DNA from: Bispira polyomma
Lineage: Eukaryota
Assembly (NCBI GenBank): GCA_965649765.1
Contig: OZ287761.1
Span: 25,296,001-25,360,000 of the forward strand
Direction of reading: 5' to 3'
Length of the DNA: 64,000 bases
Shown here: in pieces, positions 22,490-34,360 of the stretch
How positions within the stretch are numbered: position 1 is the stretch's first letter
Layout of the letters: each line of letters starts with the position of its first letter
Made by a program: the position numbers and the translations under genes
The notes under the pieces: generated by a model
What the model saw: only the letters and a program-made list of their open reading frames with translations
Database searches by the model: none
Told to the model about the DNA's origin: nothing

Positions 22490-25125
22490 TTTACGTAATA
22501 AGTGTCAGAGTTCTTAGATAAATGACCTAGTTTTTGTCCGAGCATATTTTTTGTAGGTCTTAATTACAATGATCAACTCGCGTTAAAAAGTAACATTTAA
22601 AGATTGATAACAATTGTCACTCCTGATCATAGGCTGTTTCGACCAGTTGTTGGGTACTTATGTACGATGTATGCTGGGTCAAATTCCAGTGTTCTATTTT
22701 CAGTAATAACACAATAAAGTAGGAAGTAATCGTATTCTAATTATTTTTTGTGATTTTTATGTATTTTCTGTTTATTTCCTGACAAAATAGAATCGGTGTT
22801 ATTTAATGCATTCAATATCCATTATTTTGACGTTATGTCAGTGATTATTTTGCAACTTCTGAAGCGTAATTGGCAATTGCACTACAGTGTTATTGTACAG
22901 TAAACAGTCATTGAGTATTTCAATTTTATAATTTGGGTTTGTGCAAAATAGCCAGTGCCAACTTTCTAGCAATTGTTTATGAAACTGGGTCAGGTACATA
23001 TCTACTGATTGATCTCCAGATTTCTTTTTTAACCCTTTTGCCACTTAGGTCGTCTACTATCAGCTGATGACATTTGTCACTCCTAGTTCCTCATAAGGAA
23101 AAAAATTCTTAGTGCAACAGTCTTTATTGTTTTAAACATTAGGCGATAGTCCATTTTTGAATGCCGGAAATAGTCTGTAGTGTGCGTTTTAGTGACTCCA
23201 GCTGGAACCTATTTAACCAAAATTTCCTTCAGTTCCCTGCGATGATTTTGTTTTGGGAGTTGAAAGTGTCAATATATATATTTTCCCTCAGTTTCCTGTA
23301 ATAGAAGGTTCTTAGAACAGCACACTTCAACTTTAAAATATTGTAGTCAAGGCTGTTACTGAATGCCATAAAAAAAGTCTGGTGTTTCAGTGACTTAAGC
23401 TTTATGTGATCTATACCCCCGAAAAATTCCCATTGATAGTTTCCTGAAGGGGTTGAAAGAGTTAATTTTACCTTGCTAGTTAGACACCTACAAGTTTAAG
23501 TTCTACTTGAGGCCTGAACATTGATGAAATTTTTGAAATTTGAGAATTACTAGTTCAATAGATTACATGTTTTAGAAAGAGTACTGTCATTGGCAAACAT
23601 TGCAATTTTAAATCTGATAACACCCATTTATGTTCGGTCCTTTTATCTCCTCAGTTTTCAGTTCTAAATATACTGCATTTATTTATGAAACTAGTATAAA
23701 AGTAAGGCAAAAAAAATGGAATCTTTGTCTAATACTATGTGTTAGTTTAAAGTAATTTGAATATAATACCCATTTTTCTGCACAAGATAATTTATGTGTA
23801 ATTAGTGTCAGAGTGCTTAGATAAATGGCCTTTTTTTGTGTGAACATATTTTATTGTAGATCTTATTAAAGTATCAACTCAAGTTGGAATGCAACTTTAG
23901 ATATTATAACAATTAATGGTCACTAATCTGATCAGAGGCTGTTCTGACCAGTTGTTGGGTACTTCTGTACAATGTATACAGGGCCCAATTCTAATATTCT
24001 ATTTTCAGTAATAGCACAATACAGTAGGAAGTAATCGTATTCTTATTCAAAATGTCGACATTACAAATTATTTTAGTGATTCTAGTGTATTTTCTGACCA
24101 GTTAGAATCAGTGTTATTTGATGCATTGTATATCCATTGTTGTGACTTTAAATTGGTGATATTTTTACAACTGCTGAAGCATTCTTGGCTTTTGGGCTAC
24201 AGTTGTTTTATTGTACAGTGATCAGTCATTGACTATTTCAATTCTATCATTTGGGTTTGTGCAAAATACCCTGTTTCAACTTCCTAGCACTCTTTTGTTT
24301 CAAAAATTAGACGTTAGGCCATTATTGAATGCCGGACATAGTCTGTGGTGTGTGTTTTAGCGACTCAAGCTATCTGTAACCTATTTACCCAAAATTTCCT
24401 TCAGTTTCCTGCGATTATATTCCTGAGGGGTTCAAAGGGTTAATCTATTTTTTTTTGTTTAGTTCCTCATAGGATATCGTTAGTGCAGCAGACTACCTTG
24501 TAAATATTATTCACAAGGCAGTTATTGAACGCCATAGTAGTATGTGGTGTTTTTTTAGTGAGTGATCCCGCGGTCTGTAATCAATTACTAAAATTTCTTT
24601 CAGTTCCCTGCTATCATTTTCTTTCTGGGTCAAAACGGATAGAAAATATTTTCCTTCAGTTTCTCGTCATAAGAAGTTCTTACTACAGCACACTCCTCAC
24701 TTTAAAAAATGTACACCAGACCGTTATTAAATGCCAGAAGAGGTCTTGTGTTTTACCGACTCCAGCCATATATAACCTATTACTGAAAAATTTGCCAGTG
24801 CTAGTTAGGGTTTGAAGAGTTAGTCTTAACTGGTTGGTAAGACGCCCATAAGTTTAAAGTTCTAGTTAAGGCCCCAACATTTATGGAATACCTAAAACTG
24901 GAGAATTACTGGTTCAATAGATTACATGTCGTTTTAAAAAGAGTAGTGTCATCGGCAAACATTGAAATTTATATTCAGTCCTTTTATGTCATCAGTCCTT
25001 AGTCCTCAATATACTGCCATTATTTATGCAACTAGTATAAAAGTAACGCCACAACTTGTCAACTGTGTTTAATATTAAAAGTAATCTGAATGTAAAACCC
25101 ATTATTTCCTACACAACAACATATA
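22490..25125. repeat. Old tandem segmental duplication, ~1.3-kb unit (22490-23795 / 23796-25125)
   Basis: Collinear anchors: agtgtcagagt.cttagataaat (22501/23804), gaccagttgttgggtactt, agtaggaagtaatcgtattct, gagaattact.gttcaatagattacatgt, aaagtaat.tgaat.taa.accca. Confidence 0.85.
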
Positions 25126-25638
25126 TAATTTAATCCATCTTATAAATCAAGGGCAACACTTAAATTTGTATACAGAAAATAAATTGCACTCTGACTTGTC
25201 CATCTTTCCTAAAGTTTATTAAGATCATTCAACTTATGGAGTATTATTACTTTGTGTCATTATGTCAGTGACAGTATACATATTTTTACCTAAATATATC
25301 TCCCTGCTATGTGTCCTACTAGATAATGGCTTATGGAACCAGTTTATGCTTATAGATATTCTGAATTCAAGAATTATTGTTTAGAAATTATCAAATGTAT
25401 TTTCACAGAATGTTCATGTGATATTTAAATATTTAATTTGTTACTTAAAAAATGGCCAAAACGTTTTTTGGATAGTCCATGTGACATGTACTCTCTCTCT
25501 CTCTGTACATAGTAGTGTCAGCTCCTGACAACAGTGGTCTTGGGGTTTTTTGGGCTTATATTTGTGGTTAAATGTAGGGCTTAATTAAAATATCAATTCC
25601 AGGGTAGAATTCATGTAATTATTTACAATATTTTTTAA

Positions 25639-25951
25639 CCCCTTGACGACCAGCAGTCGGCAGTTTATAATATTTTATAGCTCCCTCAGCACAGGAATAC
25701 TTTCTGTGTGGTATAGGGGCCGTATTCACGAAGGGACTTAGCCAGGTCTTAGGCTTAACTCTGTATACTTTTGTGCTAGATTTAAGCCTAAGACCTGGCT
25801 AAGTCCCTTCGTGAATACAGCCCCAGTGCTTTTAACATACAACTGAATATATGTTCTAATTTCTGAGCCAATATGTAGTAGCAATAACATCTGTGACGTC
25901 ATGTATTATCCCTCAATGTAGTAGAATTACACTCCTTATGTGACGAAGGGG
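25639..25951. mobile_element. piggyBac-like MITE (ttaa-ccccttgacgac ... gtgacgaagggg-ttaa) containing a nested hairpin MITE
   Basis: TTAA on both sides with ccccttg/cgaagggg inverted termini. Confidence 0.55.
25716..25824. mobile_element. 109-bp palindromic Harbinger-like MITE
   Basis: ggggccgtattcacgaagggacttagccaggtcttaggcttaa ... ttaagcctaagacctggctaagtcccttcgtgaatacagcccc form near-perfect ~43-bp arms; second copy at 54140-54246. Confidence 0.9.
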
Positions 25952-26369
25952 TTAATTAAATAGTGTTTTACTGAACTTAATTTCCATGCATAAGTACATT
26001 GCCAAATTTCCATGGTTCAGTAATTATAGTATTTACGAGCTAAAGCAACAAGCAGCAATTATTTTTAGGAATACTGTATTTGATGAAACCAAATCCTGTC
26101 CATTCATGTGGGGAAAGTACTTGGTGGTTTATGGTGTTTCACCACTGGTTGAGTCCACCATTGAATCTGACCCTTGTGATATGATAATTAACAATAATTA
26201 AATGATCAAGTAAGGAGTAGAAAAATCTTTTCGAAAGATGCAGATCACTCTGATCCTTTAGGGTTAGAAGCCCCTGTTACCCCATTTTATCAGTGTTTGG
26301 GTATTTATGTTTATTGTTTAGGTGTATTATTTAGTGGTATATATTGTACAAGTGGAATTTTACCTAATC

Positions 26370-27250
26370 TGCTGAATAGTGGAAATATATTCCTAGTTGA
26401 ACACTTATTTTCCCCAGACAAAGCCAATAGTTGACAAATTGATTCATTTAAACTTTCTACATTGAAATCTTTTAGCTAAACCTTCCACTTTTACAGTATT
26501 TGTAGTTGCACAGAACACAAACTGGTTATAAAAATGTTGTAAATGGAGAAATCCTTCCGTGATTTAACGGTTAAACTGATGTATACAATCAGAATTGAAA
26601 TAGTAAAATTTAATTCATATTTTCCCATTAAAAAAGTCAACAAACAAAATTTAATTTTATTGAAGTTTGTAAATTTAGAAAATGGCCATTATTTTAAACC
26701 AATGTATGTAACATTGGAATGGTGAAACTCGATATTCTCATTTTTCACCCAGAAATAGTCAATAGTGGAAATTGAATTCCACTGAACTACTGTGTTCAAA
26801 TACTTTTCCATCTTGACGGTCTAGAACACCTAAAATGTTATAAAAATGTAGAAATCTTCCCGTGATTTAACGGTTAACTTGTAGATGATCCGAGTTAGAA
26901 TAGTGAAATTTTTTGGATTATTTCCTCCTAAAATGGTCGAGTGAAAAAGTAATTCCATTGAAATTTCTTAAATGTCAAAAACTAGATGAAATTGTCTTTG
27001 GCTCAACTTTCCAAGAATAACAACTGTTTATAGAATGTTGTAAAGCTTGAAAAACGTCCATGATTTAACGGTTAAAGTGAGATGCATACAAGCAGAAGTG
27101 AAATTACATTCTTATTTTTCAACTGGAAATGGTCAATAGTGAAAATTGAATTCTATTGAACATCTTAAATGCTAAAAACGTGTTGAAATTGTCTCCAGGT
27201 TAGCATTCCAGAATAAAAACTGGTTATAAAGCGTTGTAAAACCGGAAAAA
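26370..27250. repeat. Degenerate tandem repeat (~200-300 bp blocks)
   Basis: tgatttaacggttaa at ~26560, 26863 and 27061 with shared aatagtg.aaatt and aaaactggttata motifs. Confidence 0.65.
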
Positions 27251-29117
27251 AATATAAATGATAAGCTACAGTCGTTTCAGTCGATGTTATGTCTGTACAG
27301 CATTTCACAGTTCACTGCAAGTTATTTGCCATAATCAAAGGGTCCTAATGGATAGGCCACAATGACCATTTTCACAAAATTGAATTCTTAAGCGCCAATG
27401 TTTTCCCCTGTCAGACTATTAGTTTGATTACCGATTTGGATGTGTGTGCCACAGAGGATGTCTGGCCATCGATAGTGGTGTTATAGGAGTAAACACATTA
27501 ACATTAAAGTGAGTAAAATGGGTCCTAATCCTATTTACTTTTTGATGTGGGAAGCAGTGCTTTAGCACTGGTTTGTCCTATTAAATGGGGTCGTGATATG
27601 ACCTAAGCTGTTGAAGGCGACATACAAAATAATAAAATTTGCCGTAACTGAAGTCGTTTAGCAATGCACAGTAATACTGCAGGATAATTATCCGATATTA
27701 TAATGTGGAAGAGAAAAAAATCAAATTTGTACTGGAAAGGGACATTGATTTGTCGTCCTTTTGTACAAGTCATTTGAAATACAATGAGGACATTGTCTGA
27801 CCTGCAGTCCTCGGGAGTGCATATTATAAAACCATCAATAATGTATACATACATGCAAAATAACAAATTTCACCTTACCCGCAAGCAATGCTTGTTATAT
27901 TAGGTAATAATCACACCTAAAATGTTCGGTGATCGTTGGCATGGCAACCATTTTGGGACAACATAATCTCAGCACTTACAAGGATTTCAGCCTTCATATT
28001 TGGCATACATATTGGGTCTGTTTTAAAGATGAATCATTTGTAATTTGGTGTTAATACAGCTAGAAATAAAGGGAAAAACAGCCCTTTCCTGTTATGGGGA
28101 TCGTCAGATTTGATTGAAGGGTCCACTACCGCCCATTTCCGGTTCTTCAGTTTCAACACAATTTAACCTAAAAGTTTCATTTTTGTAACAACAGTAAGCT
28201 ATTAGTTTATGCTTTTCAGCAGTCCAAACTGTAACCAAATCCAGTGAATACTAGTTGAGCTTTGAAGAAATCATTGCAAAAATCTTAAAAGTTTAACGAT
28301 AAATAGGCATTGATTAAATTGTGATTTCTTTGTAAATAGCTACAATTTTAAGATTTATAGGTCATGGAAGCACAGTTAATACATTTTCTGATCTTTTTGA
28401 CAGGATCAAATTTTATTCAATATTGACTGAGATAGTAGTCTTTATATTATACATACACATTTTACTGTGAATTCTATGTAGCAGTCGTTGGTATTTTATT
28501 GTCGCGAGAAATCTGCGAACCGAACGATCCATTATCTATAAAGTAGTCTGTGCAAAAGGAAATTCTATATATGATGTTCGCCATATAATAATATAGTTAA
28601 ACATGTGAAGCCACAACCATTGTTGTTAGGATTAAATCACATTTGCAAAGGTATAGTTTTGTTTACTAAAACAAATAAAAATGGTCGGGTTGACTTGGAA
28701 ATTTGGTCGATAGGATTTGTATTATCACCCACTGATGAGGGACCCTATAGCAACTATCCTTGTCAGGGGTGGACTCACAAATTGCGTAATATTGTAGTCG
28801 CATATGCGCAGTCGGAGATCATTACCTAATAAAGCGTCCCATAAGCCGACACATTCTCATCTTGTTGGTAAATCTGTTTTAAGGTGTTCGCCCACCAATG
28901 TAACGATAATGTGTCCATCTTTAGTTGTAAACCATCACCAATACTAGAACCGACAATGAAAGGTATCCATCTGACATTGTCAATTGCTCACGCAAATTGT
29001 TTGGGGGTTTGTTTAACATATAAATGCAAGTCATGGTAATGTGTAGAAGTAGTTGACTGCTACACAATGTATTTGTAAAGGTCCGACACTGGCCATTGAT
29101 TCAAACAGACCATATTA

Positions 29118-30075
29118 TTGTATCCACCAGAAAACTTCTCCGCTGCTGAGTCAGTGTATGTAGATATTTTACCGTTGCCGCTCTCCTGGAAAAACTATTA
29201 CACCTAGATTCCTGAAATTTACAGTAAATGTTCTTTACAACAGAATAATTTTGGCCTCATTTTGAAAAACAAGATGGCCGACATGGCCGTTTCTTTGAAA
29301 ATAATCAGGCTTTTAATTATGTTTCTCAGCTGTATAAGTTTGAATCTCTTTATGGGTGATATGTTTAAGGGATGTATATTTCCTGTATAAGCATGCAAAC
29401 ATTTGACCTTGAATCTCTACATTCAAGGTCATCAACAGAGTTCCAAAGTACCCCAAGTGACCGATTTTGGCCAAACTTTCCCAAAGGGCCTATACCTCGC
29501 TTAATATTGGTCCTGGAAGTTTGGGATCTGGAACCAACCTATAAAAAATTATGAACAGGGAATCTTTTGATGTGCTTAGATTTGACATTGGGCCTCTCTT
29601 TCAAGGTCAAACAGGGATGGCCATACCTAAAAGTGCCTATATCTCGTTCTTTTTTGTCAAACAGCTTTTGGATGTGAAACCAACCTGTAGGAAATCATGG
29701 CCTAGGAATCTTTTGATGTGGTCTGATTTGACCTGATTTATATCGCTAATTATTGGTCCCAGAGATTTGGGATGTGAACCCAACCTATACGAAGTCTTGG
29801 GCTGGTAATCTTTTGCTGTGGTCAGATTTGACCTTGGATCCCTCATGCAATGTCAAACGTGTAGGCCAAACTGTAAAGTGCCTATCTCACACTTAATATT
29901 GGTCCCACAGGTTTGCAATGCGAAACCCACTCGTGTCATTTAAGGCTTTAGCATAAATGCCCTATATAATATAGGCTTCTAGCTTGGGTGCTAGCTAGGG
30001 TGCTTGCTACCTAGGGTGCTTTGTCTTTCTGGTGGATACAAATATGCATCAGTTCTCCGATGCGCTAGGTCTAGT
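29118..30075 (+). mobile_element. Helentron-like non-autonomous element (HINE), copy 2, structurally complete
   Basis: 5' subTIR ttgtatccaccagaaa (29118-29133) is inverted to tttctggtggatacaa (30026-30041), followed by hairpin gcatc..gatgc and ctaggtCTAGtt; internal 147-bp-type repeats. Confidence 0.85.
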
Positions 30076-30749
30076 TACAAACTGTTACAATTGCAGCCAT
30101 TTTGTTAATATAATTTAAAATACGTAGTTTAATTGGTGTGATTAAAAAAGTTGGGCATTCAAGACTGCGCCAGGCATTTACATTCCGTTTTCATAATAAA
30201 TATATTTTATAAAAAAATCTTTATTAAACTTAACCAGGTGATTTTCATTCAGGATAAACCTCGTGAAATAATGTTTTAACTTTTTAGAAATTCAACTTTT
30301 CTTCATATGATTTGAACATATATATAGTTTGGCTACAACTAGAGTATAAGTTAGTACATTATTAAACTACCTGGTTTTGTCATGGTTAATTTTAAAATAA
30401 TTACTTTCGGTGTAATTAAAATATAAACACTGAAACTTCAGATAACCATTAGTTTAACTAACTCCAGAAATCTTTTACGTAACAAGATTTGGATCAAATA
30501 TGTTGCCCCAGAAACCTACGTTGCTTACAAATGGATGTTTTACTTATATTTTTTCTATATAATTACAGATTACCTTGTGTTATTTGCAGGGTGTGGATTA
30601 CAGTCGCATCACACCCAAAACATACGGATCAGTATTTTGAGCAATTCGTAGTCGCTGTCTCATCTTGTCGAACGCTAACATGGCTAGTGCTCTATTGTGT
30701 TATTGGTGAGTGGAAGTTGATTAAAGTTGGTGGAGGTATAAAATGTTTA

Positions 30750-31270
30750 CACTAAGTGGGGTTGTAAACTTTTACAGTTGGTGAGGTAAGGAACTGTTTA
30801 CACTTAGTGGGGCTAGGAACTGTTTACACTTAGTGGGGCTAGGAACTGTTTACACTTAGTGGGGCTAGGAACTGTTTACACTTAGTGGGGCTAGGAACTG
30901 TTTACACTTAGTGGGGCTAGGAACTGTTTACACTTAGTGGGGCTAGGAACTGTTTACACTTAGTGGGGCTAGGAACTGTTTACACTTAGTGGGGCTAGGA
31001 ACTGTTTACACTTAGTGGGGCTAGGAACTGTTTGTAATTAGTGGGGCTAGGAACTGTTTGTAATTAGTGGGGCTAGGAACTGTTTGTAGTTAGTGGGGCT
31101 AGGAACTGTTTGTAGTTAGTGGGGCTAGGAACTGTTTGTAGTTGGTGGGGCTAGGAACTGTTTGCAGTTGGTGGGGCTAGGAACGGTTGACACTTAGTGG
31201 GGCTAGAAACGGTTGACACTTAGTGGGGCTAGAAACGGTTGACACTTAGTGGGGTTAGAAACAGTTTACA
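30750..31270. repeat. 26-bp minisatellite (ggaactgtttacacttagtggggcta), ~19-20 copies
   Basis: Directly visible tandem units with clustered variants. Confidence 0.95.
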
Positions 31271-33350
31271 GTTGTTGACTTTCAAATGGTATGGGGGTTA
31301 TCATCAGTGTAATCTATATTGCTATGCCACTGTACATTTAGTCATCTTTGTCAAGTTTAATGCTTATGCATGTGGGGTTCACTATATTACCAATACTTTG
31401 TGTGATAACAATAGATTTTTTAAATGTAGGTTGGTCATACTTCATGATGTACAGTAAGATTTTAGTGTAACGCAGATTGTTCTTCTGAACGAGATAATAG
31501 CCATCTCGGCATGGTATACTGCAGAAAAGCAGATTAGAAATAAAAGTTTTTTAAAACAACCCCTCAAACAGAACCATGGGTATTTCACAAATTGACACAT
31601 TTCATGGCTGAAGCCTAATATAATATTAAAAAGAATTTGAATTGTTGCTTACAGATGGTGCTTATAAAAAGCCACAAGCCCTCTTCTCCCACATTTGTCC
31701 ACACAGAATGTCTTTGGTTTACAACCTTCAATTTAGCACTGCACTGAATGGAAGGGCCCCCTCTACTAGTTTGTGATCTATAATATATACAGGTAAAACT
31801 TTAAATTTGTGTGTATTGGAATTCTTCCCTGCCAGAGATGGTGAGGTTTTGGAGAACATTGTGCTCCAGTGTAGTTTTCCCGAGTAGTTATAGGGGTGAC
31901 ACATCCAGTGTAAGCTGGTCCTTACTTGGGTATATTTCTCTTTTTGCCTTTTTGATGAGGCCGTTCTCCTTCTCCCACATGGGTGTCTTACCAGTTCTTA
32001 GTTTCAATGGATCTCGCCAAACTTTGTGTTCGTCCTTGTATATATAGGTGCATTGAAGCACTGTGGAAAAAGGCATTTTTACAGCGTCACTTTCCGTGTG
32101 ACCAATTAAAAATCCTTTCCTCCCTCAGCACACACTACAAATCTTCCATAGATGTATATATACAGCACAATATCTTGGGCCCTTTGAGATCTATATAGAA
32201 AACGAGACACACCCTTTGGGAGTACTACTTCATGACAGTAAAAGGCAAAAAAGAAATGCTCAGTTTTGGTTTTTTGACTGGTAAACCAACAGTGCAGGGT
32301 ATATCCGCCACTTTGGATCCCTATCGCAGACTTCACACTAGATAGGATATTCTTCCACTTGTGTGTCAGTGTGCACAGTTCCTCTCCTGGCTTACAGCTC
32401 TATTGGACTAACTTTAACGCCCTATTTCCAGGGTTTTTAATTTTTTGTCCATATGAATAGAGTCAGGAGGAGAGGTATTCCAGATGTGTTCGCATTCTAT
32501 AACTACTTGTCTAAATTCTACACTGGTGTGTCGATGAGTCTCCACACTTTTATTTACTGGCTAAACAATGGCTATTCTTTGTTTGATTTCACGATTTGTC
32601 TTTCCTGCCTGCCATGTTTTTGCTTCTGGCAATGATGGTTTTTATTAAGAATTTGATCCATTCCAATAGCAGTTTAATGTTTGCCAACCAATATATTTTA
32701 GTGCAGTAGTAGTACGCCCTGATATTAAGTGCAGTGTGGTATTGTATTTTGAAATCCTTACTTTCCATCACAGTTTGGGTGTGGGGGGGGATCCCTCGTA
32801 AAGTTTAATAAATCAATAAAGATAACCATGTGTTCCTGTACACATGTACTATTCCTTTATATATACAAAGTCCTTTTTTATTAGCACCACTGTTAGCAGC
32901 AAACAATTTTAGGTATTTAATGACAGTAAACTTTCCTGCTTTGGCCATTATTGGGCACTACAAATGGTAATACCTCCATTGTTATCATTTTCAAGAGTAA
33001 ATATGCAATTTTATTGAAGTTGGTGTAAAATTCATGGTTGTTGGTATCACAGGATATAATGGCTCATGTTAAGGCGTGTGCTTTTCTTGATTTCAGTACT
33101 AAATTTCATAATTAATATTCTTGTGACTTAAAAAATTCAGTTTAATAAGTTCAGTGAACTATCGTGTTTCAAATTATGTGTCAGTGGCATAGCAAATTGG
33201 AGTGGGTCTTTAGTAAATGGTGCTTTATTTTTTGTTGTTTTTTGGGAGGTTGAAAGAGCATTAGCCATGTGAGTCGACTAGGACTACAAAATATTAGGTT
33301 TAATAGACGACTGCAAAAAGTAATACATTCAATAATCACCCAATCAATCC

Positions 33351-33602
33351 GGGGCCACGGTGGCCTAGTGGTTAGCAAGCATTGCGCTTCACAATCACTG
33401 GTCTCTCACCTCTTGGCGGCTTGAGTTTGAATCCCGTCGATGCCTATGTGGGAAAAGTGGTAGTTTCTTACTGTGGGCCGCTGGTTTCAGTGCAGAACCT
33501 TGACTGACTGTATGCAGTGTTTCCTCCAGCGTTTCCAACTACCCGTCCCAATATAACCTACTAAAAGGTACTAGAGTGGACGTTAAATATCCAAATTCAA
33601 AT
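33351..33602 (+). mobile_element. tRNA-derived SINE, full length, with 15-bp TSD
   Basis: A box tggcctagtgg, B box gagtttgaatcc, central gtttcctcca, (aaattc)n tail; TSD tcacccaatcaatcc at 33336-33350 and 33603-33617. Confidence 0.93.
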
Positions 33603-34069
33603 TCACCCAATCAATCCGCGTATATTAAAATAAGATATATTGGCAATAAAGCACGATACGTTAATGACATATTGGAATTCACAAATCTACTAAATAAACA
33701 AGGTATTTTATTAAATTTAGATTTTGAAAACGCTTTTGATACAGTTGAATGGGATTTTGTGTATAAATGTTTACATAAATTTTATTATGACAATTCTGTG
33801 TATTTCGAGAGATGAACATGAATTGGCCAATACATTTAAGAATTTGGCAAATGTAAAAAAAAAAAAAATGATGTGGGAATGTCTTATAGGTTTAATGCTA
33901 ACACTAGGAATGAGCTTAATCAAGTTTATAATAAAATATAAGTAAAAAAATTATTGGAAAAGGTCAATGCTTGATATTAAATTGTGATATGGCTGCAATT
34001 AAGAATTTAAATTTGTAAATGTGGATAAAACTTTTGATTGTTGCTCGAGTTATACCCTTACAGTGTTAA

Positions 34070-34360
34070 AATAGAGCTTCAAATGTCAAAATAGTACCAT
34101 GACAATTTTAAACTAATACAAAGTTGCTCAAATCCTGAATTAACTGTTAAAAAGAGTAAATGTTAAAAAAGAGCGTGAAATGTAAAAATAGTACAATGAC
34201 AATTTTAAACTAATACAAAGTTGCTCAAATCCTGAATTAACTGTTGAAAAGCCTAAATGTTAGAAAAGAGCGTCAAATGTAAAACTAGTATAGTGAAAAG
34301 CTTAAACTAATACAAAGTTTGCTCAAATCCTGCATTTACTGTTGAAAAGCTTAAATGTTT
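34070..34360. repeat. ~100-bp AT-rich tandem repeat x3
   Basis: aaactaatacaaagtt(t)gctcaaatcctg at ~34110, 34207 and 34304. Confidence 0.8.

Noticed and set aside
33351-33440. tRNA gene (A and B boxes; also 57063 and 63067)
   Set aside because: Boxes are the head of a ~255-bp SINE with TSDs; no cloverleaf or terminator
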